Positions 28,669-37,702 of a stretch of 45,236 nt of DNA are shown here, in pieces. Source of the DNA: Abditibacteriaceae bacterium (GTDB lineage: Bacteria; Armatimonadota; Abditibacteriia; Abditibacteriales; Abditibacteriaceae); the NCBI GenBank assembly GCA_031425655.1, contig JANPJS010000207.1, positions 1 to 45,236 on the forward strand. Reading direction: 5' to 3'. The position numbers and the translations under genes are program-made. The notes beneath the pieces were generated by a model. That model was not told the origin of the DNA, made no database searches, and saw only the letters and a program-made list of their open reading frames with translations. Every line of letters begins with the position of its first letter. The stretch's first letter is position 1.

Positions 28669-28854
28669 GGCAACTGGTCGGTCTCCTGACTCATCGCATC
28701 GTCCTCGGCCCGCCTTCCCAAACGCTTTTTTGCGTTCAGTGACTCTGGGCTTTGTCCGCGATTACAGTGGCGGGGCCGTCCTTTTGGCGATTTCTCGCCG
28801 CAGTGTTCCCGTGAAGCGTGGCCGATTGACTGGCCGCTCTTCGTTCCGGTTGCC
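28669..28854 (-). promoter_or_regulatory. cobalamin riboswitch
   Basis: Minus strand: GGGAA, GCCCCGCCACTGTAA, GTCACTG, TGGGAAGG, GAGTCAGGAGACC; P1 GGCAACCGG/CCAGTTGCC. Confidence 0.93.
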
Positions 28855-28872
28855 GTTTAGATTGTGCTTTGC

Positions 28873-28902
28873 ACTATAACCGTTAGAACGTGTGTTCGTC
28901 AA
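28873..28902 (-). promoter_or_regulatory. sigma70-type promoter for the riboswitch/btuB
   Basis: TTGACG-18 nt-TATAGT. Confidence 0.6.
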
Positions 28903-28925
28903 TCGCAAAATTTCTAACACAAAAA

Positions 28926-28962
28926 CAAACAGCCCGGCGCGTTTGCGCCGGGCTGTAGTTTT
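28926..28962. terminator. terminator downstream of the M48 peptidase gene
   Basis: ACAGCCCGGCGC-GTTT-GCGCCGGGCTGT with flanking A/T runs. Confidence 0.8.
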
Positions 28963-28971
28963 TATGGGTTA

Positions 28972-30354
28972 TTATGGCATCGGAATATAGCCGCGCCGAC
29001 CGTCGAGTGTGACCCAGACGGCGTGGGTTTGCGGATCGTAAGTGGCTTCGCCGCCCATGCCCTGAATGATGGCGCCGAGCGGGGCATAAAGGCGTCCGCG
29101 CGATTCCGTCGTGGCAACATTCATGGTAACGCGCTGGCCGTTAATGTCGGCGAGCTTCGATTTGAGGCGCAGATCAAGCGTGTTGCCATTGCGTTGGATT
29201 CGCGTTGTGCGCTCATTGACATTTCGCACCGAAGCGCCGGCCCATTGTGCCAGTTCCAGCACCGGCCCGATCACGATATTGGCGTTTTCGCGCTTCACGA
29301 CCAGCAATGGCGCGCTGAGTTCAATGCGTCCACCGTTGTTGGAAGTGGAGGAAGGCGAAGACGCCGGATAATTCGATGTGGACGGGGAGTTCGAATTCGA
29401 TGGATAGCTCGAATCCGGTGGATAATTGGACGGGGCAGAATTGTTGGGGCCGGAGTAAGGCGGGTAGCTTCCGCTGTCGGTGTGCGCCGAGTAGTCGCTT
29501 CCGCCATAAATGCTGCCGCCGTAATTATTTCCGTAATTTTGGCCGCCCGCCATCGCCAGACGCGGCCCGCCGACGCGCCGCGCGACATCGGTCAGGTTTT
29601 CTTTGTCAATAGTTTGTTGAACCATTTGCTGGCGGAGTTTGGGGTCGGGGTGTGTGGCCAGATATTTATCCAGAAAACCGCTGCTGCCGCCGTCTCTGAG
29701 CTTGCCCAACATCGAAATCGCGGCGCGCGGCTCGTAGCCGAGTTGACTCATCCAGCGCACGCCGACGGTGTCGGATTCGTTCTCGTGGTCGCGGGAATGT
29801 CCGCGCGACAGCACCGTCCAGCCGACGTTGGCAATAGTGCCGATCACGTTGCCACCTTTGCCCCGGCCCAAAACGGCGCCTAAAACACCGACCAAAATGC
29901 CGGCTTGCTGCTGCTTTTTGACGCTGTCCACGATATGTTTGCGTTCGATGTGCGCGGTTTCGTGGCCCAACACATAAGCCAATTCAGCATCGTTGGACGC
30001 GGTCGTGACCAAGCGGCGCGTCACGTAAATCGGGCCGCCGGGAGCGGCGAAGGCGTTCAGCACTTTGTCGTTGTTGAGCACCTTGTAGGTGTAAGGAATG
30101 TTTTTGCGCGTCGAAAGCTGCGCGAACTGATTGCCGATGGCGCGCACACGCACCGCCATCGGATCGTTGTATGGCAACACGCCGCCGTATTCTTTTTCGG
30201 CCTGCGCCGCGACTTGGCGTCCGGCTTGGATTTCGTCCTGCTCCGACATCGAGAACAGGCCCGCGTGCGCCGGAAGTGTAATCTGAGGCGCGGTTAAAAT
30301 GCCCAAAGCCAGCAGGGGCAGACAGGTGCGGCCTTGTTTCAAAATTCGTTTCAT
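28972..30354 (-). CDS. exported M48 metallopeptidase with low-complexity linker and copper-amine-oxidase-N/stalk-like C-terminal domain
   Basis: NAFAAPGG, HETAH, ENESD, THP; S/P/Y/N-rich linker; RLYAPL...MGGEATYD. Confidence 0.88.
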   Translation of the reverse strand: MKRILKQGRTCLPLLALGILTAPQITLPAHAGLFSMSEQDEIQAGRQVAAQAEKEYGGVLPYNDPMAVRVRAIGNQFAQLSTRKNIPYTYKVLNNDKVLNAFAAPGGPIYVTRRLVTTASNDAELAYVLGHETAHIERKHIVDSVKKQQQAGILVGVLGAVLGRGKGGNVIGTIANVGWTVLSRGHSRDHENESDTVGVRWMSQLGYEPRAAISMLGKLRDGGSSGFLDKYLATHPDPKLRQQMVQQTIDKENLTDVARRVGGPRLAMAGGQNYGNNYGGSIYGGSDYSAHTDSGSYPPYSGPNNSAPSNYPPDSSYPSNSNSPSTSNYPASSPSSTSNNGGRIELSAPLLVVKRENANIVIGPVLELAQWAGASVRNVNERTTRIQRNGNTLDLRLKSKLADINGQRVTMNVATTESRGRLYAPLGAIIQGMGGEATYDPQTHAVWVTLDGRRGYIPMP

Positions 30355-30505
30355 GCTTATTGTCCTCCGTGAACTGTTTCGTTTTTACGTCGAATCGCCC
30401 CGCAATGTTCAAAAACACCGCGTCAGCAGCGTCCTTGAGCAAACCGCTTGCCTTGCCGTTTTCGATAAAATCGTGCGTAATCCTATTTATGGGGTGGGAT
30501 TTAAC

Positions 30506-30534
30506 TTGCCGCGACGTGAATCTTGGCCTATAAT
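30506..30534 (+). promoter_or_regulatory. sigma70-type promoter
   Basis: TTGCCG-17 nt-TATAAT. Confidence 0.7.
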
Positions 30535-30562
30535 GGCGAAAGGTTAATTCTGAGGAGGCTTT

Positions 30563-31414
30563 ATGGGAAATGATAAGGGCTACGCCCATCCCGAAGTGCT
30601 GGTAGACGCCGATTGGGTGCAGCAGCATCTCGACGATCCGAAAATTAAGTTAGTCGAAGTAGACGTGGACACCAACGCCTACAATGAAGGCCATATTCGC
30701 GGCGCCGTCGCGTGGAATTGGACTTCGCAGCTCAACGATCAGGTGCGCCGTGACATCCCGTCCAAAGAGCAGATCGCGCAATTGCTGGGTTCGAGCGGCA
30801 TCAGCAACGACGACACCATCGTGCTTTACGGCGACAACAACAACTGGTTCGCGGCCTTCGCGTTCTGGATTTTGCGGATGTATGGCCACGAAAACCTGCT
30901 GCTGATGGACGGAGGCCGCAAAAAGTGGCTCGCCGACAGCCGCGAAACCACAACCGACGAAGAAAATCCGCAAGCCGCGCAATACACCGCGCAAGACCCC
31001 GACACTTCCATTCGCGCCAGCGTCACCGACGTGCTGAAACAGCTCGAATCGAAGGAATTCAGCCTGGTGGACGTGCGTTCTCCCGCCGAATTTACCGGCG
31101 AAGTCATCGCGCCTCCGGGCATGACCGAAACCGCGCAGCGCGGCGGACACGTTCCGGGCGCCGCCAACATTCCGTGGGCGCAGGCTGTCAACGAAGACGG
31201 CACTTTCAAAGACGCCGACGCGCTTCGCCAGCTTTACGCCGGCAAAGGCATCACCTCCGATAAGCCGGCCATCGCTTATTGCCGCATCGGCGAGCGTTCG
31301 TCGCACACCTGGTTTGTGCTGCAATATCTGCTCGGCTTCGAGGGCTGCAAAAACTACGACGGAAGCTGGACGGAATACGGCTCGATGATCGGCGTCCCGA
31401 TTGAAAAGCCGTGA
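30563..31414 (+). CDS. tandem-domain rhodanese/thiosulfate sulfurtransferase
   Basis: YNEGHIRGA, GHVPGA, YCRIGERSS, YDGSWTEY. Confidence 0.95.
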   Translation: MGNDKGYAHPEVLVDADWVQQHLDDPKIKLVEVDVDTNAYNEGHIRGAVAWNWTSQLNDQVRRDIPSKEQIAQLLGSSGISNDDTIVLYGDNNNWFAAFAFWILRMYGHENLLLMDGGRKKWLADSRETTTDEENPQAAQYTAQDPDTSIRASVTDVLKQLESKEFSLVDVRSPAEFTGEVIAPPGMTETAQRGGHVPGAANIPWAQAVNEDGTFKDADALRQLYAGKGITSDKPAIAYCRIGERSSHTWFVLQYLLGFEGCKNYDGSWTEYGSMIGVPIEKP

Positions 31415-31418
31415 TTTT

Positions 31419-31493
31419 AGTGACGAATGACGAGTGACGAATTTCGAGTAAAAAAATTCGTCACTCGTCACTCGTCACTCGTCACTCGTCACT
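31419..31493 (+). repeat. 7-mer tandem-repeat hairpin (TGACGAG/CTCGTCA)
   Basis: Inverted arrays, 3 vs 5 units. Confidence 0.9.
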
Positions 31494-31496
31494 TTT

Positions 31497-31865
31497 ATGA
31501 GCACTGCCTCCGAATTTTACAAAAAGGCGCTCGCCGACGCTGAAATGGCGCAAGTCGTGTTTCGCGTCGCGGTTTTGGAGCGTTATCTCGAACAAAGCGA
31601 TGCGAGCGTCAAGCGCACCAACACGGTTGGGCGCGTCAAAGCGTCGGCGTGGTCGCTCGATTTCGGCATCGCGCCGGACGAGCAAACCATTCATGTGCCG
31701 CTGTCCAGTCTGAAAACGCGCTTGCCCGAAAGGGAGTTGGCGCATTGGCTGTCGCACGTAGATGATGCGCGCTTTTCGCAAAATTTCCTGAAAATGCAGT
31801 CGTCGCACGCCTGTATAGACGACGGCGGTTATCGTGACTGGGGCGAGGAAGAGTCGCTGTTTTAA
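31497..31865 (+). CDS. hypothetical protein
   Basis: Host-like codon usage; follows the sulfurtransferase gene in the same orientation. Confidence 0.75.
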   Translation: MSTASEFYKKALADAEMAQVVFRVAVLERYLEQSDASVKRTNTVGRVKASAWSLDFGIAPDEQTIHVPLSSLKTRLPERELAHWLSHVDDARFSQNFLKMQSSHACIDDGGYRDWGEEESLF

Positions 31866-31944
31866 CTCGTTTGGGCAACTATTCCAAGTTGCGCGGCGTC
31901 GAAAGCCTTTGCTTTCGGCGCCGCGTTTTTGTGTGGAGTAGGCA

Positions 31945-32193
31945 ATGGATTCTGAAATTGAACACGCTTTGTATCAGGCTGAGCCACTTGAGGCTTTGTA
32001 TGATCTGGCTACTAAATGGAAAGAGCAAGAGCAGACTCAGAGCGAAATTTATGTTGTTTTCTCCGTGGCTCACGCATTTCTGCAAAACGCGGACAGAGAA
32101 GTTGAAGCCGACTACGTTGCCGACATTGCCGATTGTATCGTCGGTTGTTGTGCGCCACACAGAAAAATCTTCGACACCTACCTCGATACATAG
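31945..32193 (+). CDS. small acidic hypothetical protein
   Basis: GGAG/AGG RBS, helical acidic composition, lower GC. Confidence 0.6.
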   Translation: MDSEIEHALYQAEPLEALYDLATKWKEQEQTQSEIYVVFSVAHAFLQNADREVEADYVADIADCIVGCCAPHRKIFDTYLDT

Positions 32194-32197
32194 ACCT

Positions 32198-33517
32198 ATG
32201 CACTCTGGCCTCCTAACACAGCCTGTTGTTATTGCCTTTATCTCGTTCTTTTTGCATCTTGCATCGGCTTTCGCGCAGCCGCTGCCGGAGCGCGTGCCTT
32301 TAGTCGGCAAAGTCACCACGACGGGCGGCACTCCGATTGGCGGCGCGCAAGTTACGGTGCGGCGACAAGACGCCACGCCCGGCTTTACAGCGGCGTTCTG
32401 GGGCGGAACATTACGCACCGACGCCAACGGCATTTTCGCTTTTCCCGAAGCCGAAGAAGGCGTCTACACGATGTCTGTGGATGCTCCGGGCTTCGCCTCA
32501 GAAGGCATGACGTTGAACTGGAAGCCGGAATCGTCCTCGCCGCAAACCAAGCTGCTCAAGCTGACGCCGCTGCCTTTGCGCCTTATCAATCTCGACGGAA
32601 TGCCTCTTCCTGCCGGCACGAGCGTGCAGTTATATTTGCGAGGCGAGTTGTCTGGGCGTCCTATCTATGCTTTGCTGGTCACGAGCGGCGAGGGCACAAT
32701 CATCGTGCCCGACCTGGTGCCGGCGCGCTACTTGATTCACGTTATTGTCGCGGGCAAAGGTCAAGCGGTTTTGCCCTCGCTCAACGTGCAGGAAAACGCG
32801 ACAACGCAAGTGGATATTCTGCTCAAACAGGGCGGAAAAGTGCGCGCTATCGTTAAAAACGAAGCCGGCAAAGCCATCGGCGGCGCGGCGCTCAGCCTCA
32901 GCGAAATCGTGCCCGACCATGTGACTAATGCCGGTGGAATCATTCCTGCGGGCAACGACGGCTCGATTTATCTTTATACGCAGCGCTCGACATTGCAGAC
33001 GCGCGACGGCGATGGCACAATGGAACTTTTGGACGTAGCGCCGGGACGCTATCAGGCGCGAATGTTTGTGCTTGGCGAACCGATGTCCGCTCCGCAGACT
33101 ATCGAAGTAAAGGCCGGAGAAACCGTCGAAGTGGCCACGGCTTTCACGCTCCGCTTCGGCAAAGCATCGCTCGACATCGCTGTGCAAACCGCAACGGGAC
33201 AAGCGGCGCCCAACCGCGATTTCGTGGTTCGTTTGCAGCCTTTAGTCAACGGACAGCCGGTGCCCGTGGCCGCAAACGGCCCTCCGATGCCGCCCGACGC
33301 GCCGTCATCCGTCCTCAGCCTCTTCCAGAGCGTGCTGGTGCGCCGAATCCATACCGACGCCAATGGCAAAGCAACATTATTTCCGCTTCGTGCCGGCGCG
33401 TGGCGCGTGACATTAACCGACCCTGCGAAGCCGACTCAAGAGCCGCAAGATCAGCCCTCCAGCGACGTAAAACTGGGCGGCGAAGACAACACCCTGACGA
33501 TCAAGCTGAAATCATGA
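32198..33517 (+). CDS. exported carboxypeptidase-regulatory-like/prealbumin-fold repeat protein
   Basis: Signal peptide (ASAFAQ); GKVTTTGGTPIGGAQV, TDANG and PGRY-type repeats. Confidence 0.8.
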   Translation: MHSGLLTQPVVIAFISFFLHLASAFAQPLPERVPLVGKVTTTGGTPIGGAQVTVRRQDATPGFTAAFWGGTLRTDANGIFAFPEAEEGVYTMSVDAPGFASEGMTLNWKPESSSPQTKLLKLTPLPLRLINLDGMPLPAGTSVQLYLRGELSGRPIYALLVTSGEGTIIVPDLVPARYLIHVIVAGKGQAVLPSLNVQENATTQVDILLKQGGKVRAIVKNEAGKAIGGAALSLSEIVPDHVTNAGGIIPAGNDGSIYLYTQRSTLQTRDGDGTMELLDVAPGRYQARMFVLGEPMSAPQTIEVKAGETVEVATAFTLRFGKASLDIAVQTATGQAAPNRDFVVRLQPLVNGQPVPVAANGPPMPPDAPSSVLSLFQSVLVRRIHTDANGKATLFPLRAGAWRVTLTDPAKPTQEPQDQPSSDVKLGGEDNTLTIKLKS

Positions 33518-33903
33518 AATCGGTGCGGCTTTTCAACCAAACGCAAAATTGCGTTCTTTGCGCCCGCTGCGAAATCGCCGACAACTTGGTGACGCGCATC
33601 AAAGGATTATTAGGCCACGCTTCGCTGCCGGATGACGCCGGTTTGCTCATCACGCCGTGCCCTTCGGTTCACATGATCGGGATGAAATTCGCCATTGACG
33701 TGCTTTTTCTCACGCGCGAAAACCGTGTCACCGATTGGATGGAGAATCTGCCGGCGGGATTTCACTTTTACGTTGCCAAACCGCGCGCCGATGCCGGCGG
33801 CACCCAATTTGGTAAACCCTACGCCGCTTTGGAATTGCCCGCCGGAGCCATCGCGCGCAGTGGCGCGAAACTCGGCGACGAAATAGTTTTTGAGTCCATA
33901 TAA
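33514..33903 (+). CDS. DUF192 family protein
   Basis: ADNLVTRIKGLLG, SVHMIGMKFAIDVLF, ALELPAG. Confidence 0.88.
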   Translation: MKSVRLFNQTQNCVLCARCEIADNLVTRIKGLLGHASLPDDAGLLITPCPSVHMIGMKFAIDVLFLTRENRVTDWMENLPAGFHFYVAKPRADAGGTQFGKPYAALELPAGAIARSGAKLGDEIVFESI

Positions 33904-34032
33904 CGGGAAGTCGGGAAGGGCGGTGAGACGGAAGGAAAAGCTTGGATTGTCGCAGGCACCCAACGCGTTCTGGGTTCGATTTTCAAAACTCAAATCCTTC
34001 TTCTCGTCTTACCGCCCTTCCCGACTTTCCGT
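33903..34032 (+). repeat. 8-mer tandem-repeat hairpin (CGGGAAGN)
   Basis: 28-bp arms 33903-33930 / 34005-34032; both mismatches are G-U on the plus strand. Confidence 0.85.
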
Positions 34033-34054
34033 CTAAATTCTCACCCACGCCCGA

Positions 34055-35224
34055 ATGAAAATTGCTTTTTTCTGTGACGCCTACACGCCCACACGCAACG
34101 GCGTGGCAGTCAGTGCCGCATCCACAGCAGAAGAATTGCGGCGTCGCGGCCACGAAGTTGTGATTTTCGCGCCAAATTATCGCGGCTACGAAGATTCCTC
34201 GGAAACGATTCTGCGCTTTCCGGCGATGCAATGGTTTCGCGCCAAAGATTTCGCGCTGGCCCTGCCGATTCTCTCTTCGCCGCTGATTTTGCCGGTTTTA
34301 AGCCGTCAAGAGCAGTTTTTCGCCGCGCAAAACTTCGATGTTGTGCATACGCACTCGCCGTTTACGATGGGCACTATCGGCGCGCGTTGGGGACGAAAAC
34401 ACGGCGTGCCGGTCGTTTTCACCTTTCATACGCTTTATCATCGTTATTTGCACTACGCGCCGCTGCCGTATTGGTATAGCCGGCCATATACCATCAAGCG
34501 CGTGCGCCGCCACTGCCGATTTTGCCGTCATATTATCGCGCCATCGCACGCCATTGCCCGCTTTCTTCGCTTTTTTCAAGCGAAGGCGCCAGTTTCGGTC
34601 GTGCCGACCGGCGTAAGCGTGCAACGCTTCGCCAACGCCGACGGCGCTGCTGTGCGCGCCCGCTACGACATTGCGCCCGACGACTTGGTTTTGCTTTACG
34701 CAGGCCGCATCGTCGCCGAAAAGAACCTCGATTTCCTTCTGCGCGCCCTCGCGCCGCTTTTAGGTCGCGCTAACGGTCAGCGTGTGCGCTTGCTTTTAGT
34801 TGGCGGCGGCCCGGCCTTGCGCGCTGTGCAAAAATTGGCCGCACAACTTGGCGTGTCCAACGACGTGATTTTCACCGATTTTGTCAATCCCAACGCAATG
34901 CCCTCGCACTTCGCCGCCGGTGACATTTTCACTTTCGCATCGCGCACCGAAACGCAGGGCGTTTCTATCGCCGAAGCCCTCGCCGCCGGTTTGCCGTGCG
35001 TCGTCGTCGGCGCGCTCGGCGCCGCTGAAGCCATCACGCCCGATGTCAACGGCTTCGTCGTCCCGCCGCGTGAAGACGCTTTTCGCGCCGCCGTGCAAAA
35101 GCTGATTCAAAACGCGAATTTGCGCGCACAAATGGCCGCTCAGGCGCGCGAAAACGCGCCGGATTTGGCGCTGGAGAAAAACGTGGACAAGCTGGTGACG
35201 ATTTACGCAGGACTTCTGAAATAG
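34055..35224 (+). CDS. GT4 glycosyltransferase (diacylglycerol glycosyltransferase-like)
   Basis: DAYTPTRNGV, HTHSPF, FASRTETQG, EALAAGLP. Confidence 0.92.
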   Translation: MKIAFFCDAYTPTRNGVAVSAASTAEELRRRGHEVVIFAPNYRGYEDSSETILRFPAMQWFRAKDFALALPILSSPLILPVLSRQEQFFAAQNFDVVHTHSPFTMGTIGARWGRKHGVPVVFTFHTLYHRYLHYAPLPYWYSRPYTIKRVRRHCRFCRHIIAPSHAIARFLRFFQAKAPVSVVPTGVSVQRFANADGAAVRARYDIAPDDLVLLYAGRIVAEKNLDFLLRALAPLLGRANGQRVRLLLVGGGPALRAVQKLAAQLGVSNDVIFTDFVNPNAMPSHFAAGDIFTFASRTETQGVSIAEALAAGLPCVVVGALGAAEAITPDVNGFVVPPREDAFRAAVQKLIQNANLRAQMAAQARENAPDLALEKNVDKLVTIYAGLLK

Positions 35225-35429
35225 CAACTTTGGCCGCGAAGTTCGCTTTTTGGACGCGAAATCCCAAAATTTCCCAAAATCTGAAAACTTTTGAAGCGTT
35301 TGGGACGCGCTTTCCCAAGAATTGAGCGTTTGCGACGTGACTTTCCAAAAAACGCTGAAAAAAGGCTTAACTATTTTTTCGCATTTGGATATTTAAGCGT
35401 TAAAGTTGAAAAACAAGAGTGAAATAATC

Positions 35430-35493
35430 TTGTTGGCGCGTATTGTGGTGGTTATAATGGACGCAGAGGGACGAAAAAGGACGTAAAAGGGCG
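35430..35493 (+). promoter_or_regulatory. dcw promoter and candidate MraZ operator
   Basis: TTGTTG-17 nt-TATAAT, then GGACG/GGGCG at 35459, 35469, 35479 and 35489. Confidence 0.6.
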
Positions 35494-35553
35494 AATTTCT
35501 GAAAAGCCTCGAAATGGGGTTTTACAGTGTGAAACCAAGTGCGATGAATCCGA

Positions 35554-36270
35554 ATGGTCAGACTGGCAAACGGGAAAACCGAAGGCAGTGAGCCGGAATC
35601 GGGAATCTTTCCCGATGTCCCGGTGATGACCGGCACTCATTTTCACTCGCTGGACGATAAGGGACGTGTTATTGTCCCGGCGAAATTGCGGCCCTCGTTG
35701 GGCGAGAAGTTCTGGTTGATGCGGACGCGGCGCGATAACGTGGGAATTTATACCTACGAAACCGGACGCGACATCATGCGGCAAGCCGAAGAACGCATGG
35801 CCGAACATCCCGACGACGAATTGATCGCGGACGCCGTGGAACGCATTACCGGATCGGCGGAACTCGTGGCTGCCGAAAGCGGTTGGCGTGTTCCGATTCC
35901 CGACATCCTGCGGTTTTACGCGCAGATGGAAAAAGATGTGGTCACGGTGGGCGTTCTCAATCATGCCGAAATTTGGGATCGCGTGAAGTGGGAGGAGTCG
36001 CAAGCGCAAAAGCAGGAGCGTGAACCTGATGTGCGGCGAGTCCAGGCGGAAATTATGCGGGCAGCGGCTTCGGGCCATCGCCGCGAGCAACCGGCGATTG
36101 TAGCGCAACCGGCAGCGGAGCAAATTGATGTCGCAGCGCAAAACGCCGCAGTCGTCGGAGAAGTTGCAGGCACCGGAACCACCGGCCCCGTCCGGGGAAC
36201 CGCGTCTGCATCCGCCGGCGATGTTAAAAGAGGTAATCGAATTCTTGCGCTGTCGCAACTCGGCAAATGA
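35554..36270 (+). CDS. mraZ: MraZ transcriptional regulator with long C-terminal tail (start could be 35626)
   Basis: HSLDDKGRVIVPAKLR, VGVLNHAEIWD; first gene of dcw. Confidence 0.9.
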   Translation: MVRLANGKTEGSEPESGIFPDVPVMTGTHFHSLDDKGRVIVPAKLRPSLGEKFWLMRTRRDNVGIYTYETGRDIMRQAEERMAEHPDDELIADAVERITGSAELVAAESGWRVPIPDILRFYAQMEKDVVTVGVLNHAEIWDRVKWEESQAQKQEREPDVRRVQAEIMRAAASGHRREQPAIVAQPAAEQIDVAAQNAAVVGEVAGTGTTGPVRGTASASAGDVKRGNRILALSQLGK

Positions 36271-37450
36271 AACCGAGCCGCAAAGTCAGGAAAACGAACC
36301 TCGCAGGAAAAAACCTGCAATTCGATACAGTTTACCCGGCGCGGCTCCGGCAAGGGAAGTGTTTCCTAAACCGGACGCGATTTTTTTAGATTGCACGTTG
36401 GGCACGGGAGGTCACACGCTGGCGATGCTTCAAGCGCATCCCACCTGCCGCGTGATTTCCTTCGATAGAGACGCCGATTCGATGCAGTTTGCGAAACGGC
36501 GGCTCGAAGCAGCCGGTGTCATAGACCGGGTGATGTTGGTGCAGGGCGATTTTCGCCATGCGCCGCAGTTGTTGGAGACGGTGCCGGATTCGTTCTTTGA
36601 TAATCAGAAGATCGTGGGAAAGCCCGAAGGTTGGACGGGCGCTTACAGACGCATTGACGGCGCGCTGATTGACGCCGGAATGAGTTTGTATCAGGTGACG
36701 TGGGCTGAACGAGGCCTCAGTTTTCGTTCGGACGCGCCCTTAGATATGCGCTACGACCGCACGCAGGAAATTTCCGCACACGATCTGGTGAACCGTCTTT
36801 CCGCCAGCGAACTTGAAGACTTGCTTTTCAAGTTCACCGATGAGAGGTGGGCGCGACGCATCGCAGAATTTATCGTCGCACAGCGCAATCGCAGCCCCAT
36901 CAACACTACGTCGGAATTGGCCCAGTTAATCGAAGCCGCCATCCCGGCGGCTGTCCGCCATCAGACGCGAGTTCATCCCGCCACCAAGACTTTCGCCGCA
37001 TTACGGCTTGCCGTAAATGATGAGTTTTGGGCTCTCGAAGAAGGTGCGTGGGCAGTCAGTTCCGTGTTGGCACCTACAGCCCGACTGGCCATTTTGACAT
37101 ACAGCAGCAATGAAGACCGCACTGTAAAACACACCTTTCGCCGCCTTGCCGGTCGCGCTATCGAACGTGATTCGTCACGCTCGAAACCGCACCGTAAAAA
37201 GGGTTCTGTCGCTCTCTCCGGGCGACGCGAACCTCGCAACGCGCGTTCACCTCTCGCCTTTTCCTTGAACCTGCCTTTTGCCGACGCCGATGATCCGCGT
37301 TTGCAATCGAAGTGGGCGGCAGGATTTGGCACTAACTGGCAAATGAAAGTGGTTACACCCAAACCTGTCGAGCCATCGCCGGAAGAAATCGCCGCCAATC
37401 CGTTATCGCGTAGCTGCAAACTGCGCGTGATCGAAAAAGTGGCGTTGTAG
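36128..37450 (+). CDS. rsmH: 16S rRNA m4C1402 methyltransferase, with insertions
   Basis: HPPAMLKEV, DCTLGTGGH, APLDMR, HPATKTF, EEIAANPLSRSCKLR; GGAG RBS before ATG 36128. Confidence 0.93.
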   Translation: MSQRKTPQSSEKLQAPEPPAPSGEPRLHPPAMLKEVIEFLRCRNSANETEPQSQENEPRRKKPAIRYSLPGAAPAREVFPKPDAIFLDCTLGTGGHTLAMLQAHPTCRVISFDRDADSMQFAKRRLEAAGVIDRVMLVQGDFRHAPQLLETVPDSFFDNQKIVGKPEGWTGAYRRIDGALIDAGMSLYQVTWAERGLSFRSDAPLDMRYDRTQEISAHDLVNRLSASELEDLLFKFTDERWARRIAEFIVAQRNRSPINTTSELAQLIEAAIPAAVRHQTRVHPATKTFAALRLAVNDEFWALEEGAWAVSSVLAPTARLAILTYSSNEDRTVKHTFRRLAGRAIERDSSRSKPHRKKGSVALSGRREPRNARSPLAFSLNLPFADADDPRLQSKWAAGFGTNWQMKVVTPKPVEPSPEEIAANPLSRSCKLRVIEKVAL

Positions 37451-37702
37451 GGCACAACCTGTTGCACCCGACATAATTCCGCATGGCTCATGGCACAATT
37501 TGATTCGCCTGAAAGGATGTCGCTATCGCGCAAAAGCTAAAGCTCTGCGCGGCGAAATTCTTCGGGCTTTTTGTTTTTGTGAAATTGTCACCTCACGGCG
37601 AAAGCCGCTTATTATATTGATGTCCTCTTGCGTTCAACGCAGCCGAGACGAAGTTTGCGCGCATTTCCTCAATTGAAGGGCGCGCTCCCTGAGGGCCAAA
37701 TT

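Noticed and set aside
31871..32197. N-terminal 109 aa of the 548-aa ORF
   Set aside because: The signal peptide begins at ATG 32198, and the region is better explained by ORF 31945-32193.
36267..36390. ATGA-coupled start of rsmH at the mraZ stop
   Set aside because: That ATG is in a different frame, closes after about 40 codons and would omit the conserved N-terminal motif.
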